Shown here in pieces: positions 61,729-64,000 of a stretch of DNA of 64,000 nucleotides (position 1 is its first letter; each line of letters begins with the position of its first letter). Where the stretch lies: positions 1 to 64,000 of the forward strand of contig NIVC01003278.1 of assembly GCA_002269645.1 (NCBI GenBank). The letters are read 5' to 3'. Under the pieces are notes generated by a model, which was not told where the DNA came from, made no database searches, and was given only the letters and a program-made list of their open reading frames with translations. The DNA comes from Macrostomum lignano. Its lineage: Eukaryota. A program made the position numbers and the translations under genes.

Positions 61729-63606
61729 ATGCCTAAAAACGCACTGGATAGTTCAACACATTCGCCCATGGACTGTCACGTGGGGCTAGCAGACCAGGAT
61801 CATCTGGAAGAAACTGCTATAACTTCGCTTAACGAAACCTACGAAACTCTAAAAGAGCTTGGACGGTAAATAGGATTAATTTCCATTTGTTTTTCTAAAG
61901 ATGTGTTTGTATATCATTTTATGAAATTGTTGCTATATTAAAATTTGTTTCTTGCATTTATTGCAGCAAAATTAAAAAAGATTAAATTTAGAATTATAAA
62001 ATATCTATATAAAATTGATTTTTGATATAATAAAAAGTTGTGCTGTTTGGTATACAGTATAAAAAATTAGCAATTAAACAAGTAATATTAAACTTTTAAC
62101 TTAACCTAATTCTAATATAAAAACCTAAAATTAGCCAAAAAATTCGATTCAGCGCTATTTCTATATGACAGAGGAAACTAAGCCTTTTATGTTATAAAAA
62201 ATCATTGTAATTATGTAACAATAAAGACTAAAATATTTGCTTAAGTGTTTAACAATAAACATTGTTGAAAAAATATAAATAAGCTTCCCAGTTGAAAGCT
62301 ATAATTGTAAGAAAAATGACATAGAAGTCAAATAAAAAACTATTTAATGTTTCAAGGTCTTGCTTAATAGAATACAAAAAACAGTATGATTTTTTAAACT
62401 TGAATCTAAAACTTTAAACAACTTTTTTGCAATAGCAATAGTGCCATTTAAAAATATTTTAGATATTATATTTGCCAGTCAGCATAAAATAAAATCTTTT
62501 AAAATTTTTCTTTGTTTTAATCAGTGGCCGCTTCGCTAAAGTTGTCGCCGTACGGCACCGCGCCAACGGCAAGCTGTTCGCCGCCAAGCTGCAGCGGTGG
62601 CGCAGATTCTGCGGCAACGGGCGCAACATGAAGAGCATCGTTGACATGGAGCTGAGCATCCTGCGAATGGCGCACGGGCACGCCAGTTTTGTTCAAATGC
62701 GCCGTTGCTTAGCAACCAAGCAGGAGTCCGTCATTCTGCTCGAGACGTGCCAGGGTGGCAGTCTGCAGGATGCCGTCATCGCGTCAATTGGCGACGATTG
62801 CGAGGACTGCAACGGACGAGTTCGTCATCTTTGAGTTTGATGCTGGGGATCTTTTAGTAGGAGATATTTGAATGGGAGTTATGTTTTTTAAGACACCTGT
62901 GGATGAATCTTGAAATTATATTTGAGAATTTCTGGGTATTTTTAGAGGGTGGAGATATTTTAGAGATCCTGGGGATGGTTAGAGGCATTAGGAATGTTTT
63001 AGAGACACTGGGAATACTTTAGAGACATTGGGGATATTTTAGAGACACTGGGATACTTTAGAGACATTGGGATATTTTAGAGACATTGGGGATATTTTAG
63101 AGCCATTAGGGATATTTTAGAGACACTGAGGATATTTTAGAGACATTGGGGATATTTTAGAGACACTGGGGACAGTTTAAAGGCCTTAATGATTTTTTAG
63201 TGATATTGGGAATATAAAGATGCTTTAGGAGTTTTTAGAGACACTTTAAGAATATCCTAGTCGATTCTGGTGAGTTTAATCGCTCTTATACGCTCGTACA
63301 CAATCAAATTCCGCCACCATCAAAAACACCAACAGCAGCATCAGCAGCAGCACGTGGAGTTTTGCCGTCTGGCGGCTGCTCGGCTCCTGGCCGGCCTGGA
63401 CTTCCTGCACAGCAGGCGGATGTGCCACCTGGACGTGAAGCCCTGCAACCTGCTGCTTCGCCGGCCCTACCCAGACTGCGACCTGTGCATGTGCGACTTC
63501 GGCTTGGTCAAACGGCTGGGCGACGACGCCTCCAACAACGTCACGATGGACGGCACGCCGGACTACGCCGCGCCGGAGGTGCTCAACTATGAGCCGATTA
63601 GCACCG
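61729..63606 (+). CDS. Drak: DAPK-family Ser/Thr kinase, DRAK/STK17-like; N-terminal three exons (3' exons not found in this window)
   Basis: Exons 61729-61865 (or from ATG 61615; YETLKELGR, donor GTAAAT), 62525-62819 (GRFAKV..FAAK..ELSIL..ILLETCQGG) and ~63336-63606 (LDFLH..HLDVKPCNLLL..PDCDL..DFG..GTPDYAAPEVLNYEPIS, donor GTGAGA). HLD, the P-x-x-D insert and YEPI are typical of DRAK kinases. The symbol denotes subfamily likeness only. Confidence 0.85.
62995..63200. repeat. ~22-bp minisatellite (ttttagagacattggggatat)
   Basis: Direct inspection; kinase intron 2. Confidence 0.85.
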
Positions 63607-63679
63607 GTGAGAGACGCAAGCAGTTAGTTGTCATTGCGGCGCACATTGAGCATAGAGTTTCTCGGGGATGATAGTCCGA

Positions 63680-63870
63680 GAGTGACAGTTTGAGAGTGAC
63701 AGTTTGAGAGTGACATTCTGAGAGTGATATTCTGAGAGTGACAGTTTGAGAGTGACAGTTTGAGAGAGACATCCTGAGAGTGGCAGTTTGAGAGTGAAAT
63801 TCTGAGAGTGACAGTTTGAGAGTGAAATTCTGAGAGTGACAGTTTGAAAGTGACGTTCTAATAGTGAATG
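63680..63870. repeat. 14-bp minisatellite (gagagtgacagttt)
   Basis: Direct inspection; kinase intron 3. Confidence 0.88.
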
Positions 63871-64000
63871 TTTAAGAGTGAATCTCTAGGATTGACACTT
63901 TCGGTGCGCAATCCTATGAATGGGATTCAAAAATAGTTTTCTAAGAGGGACTGTAGAGTTAAAATTAAAACCGTTATTGTCATTTTAAAAATGAAATTCT

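Overview
Eukaryotic (metazoan) genomic DNA with spliceosomal GT-AG introns. The Gln/Ala-rich coding sequence, gene families and ATAG/ACAG satellites suggest a flatworm such as Macrostomum; this is inference only. Six protein-coding loci can be reconstructed: (1) a secreted C-type-lectin-domain gene (-, 138-895, two 1-bp indels); (2) an mGluR-like class C GPCR ectodomain (+, 1632-3703, five 1-bp indels, no 7TM exons found); (3) a non-alpha nicotinic acetylcholine receptor subunit (-, six exons resolved, 8612-15035, first exon uncertain); (4) a 3-exon DEG/ENaC channel (+, 26107-36262); (5) a complete 8-exon, 914-aa otopetrin (-, 41249-61255); (6) a DRAK/STK17-like kinase (+, from 61729, incomplete in this window), head-to-head with the otopetrin. 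Mobile DNA comprises an internally deleted RTE-like LINE RT, a Tc1 transposase remnant, a 980-bp solo LTR with a 4-bp TSD and a run of palindromic transcription-factor motifs, and a tRNA-derived SINE family (2-3 copies). About 30 distinct micro/minisatellite arrays cover roughly a third of the window (my rough sum is about 22 kb). Several have higher-order structure and many begin close to splice donors. No prokaryotic features or CRISPR arrays are present. Long low-complexity ORFs in the supplied track are translations of repeats.
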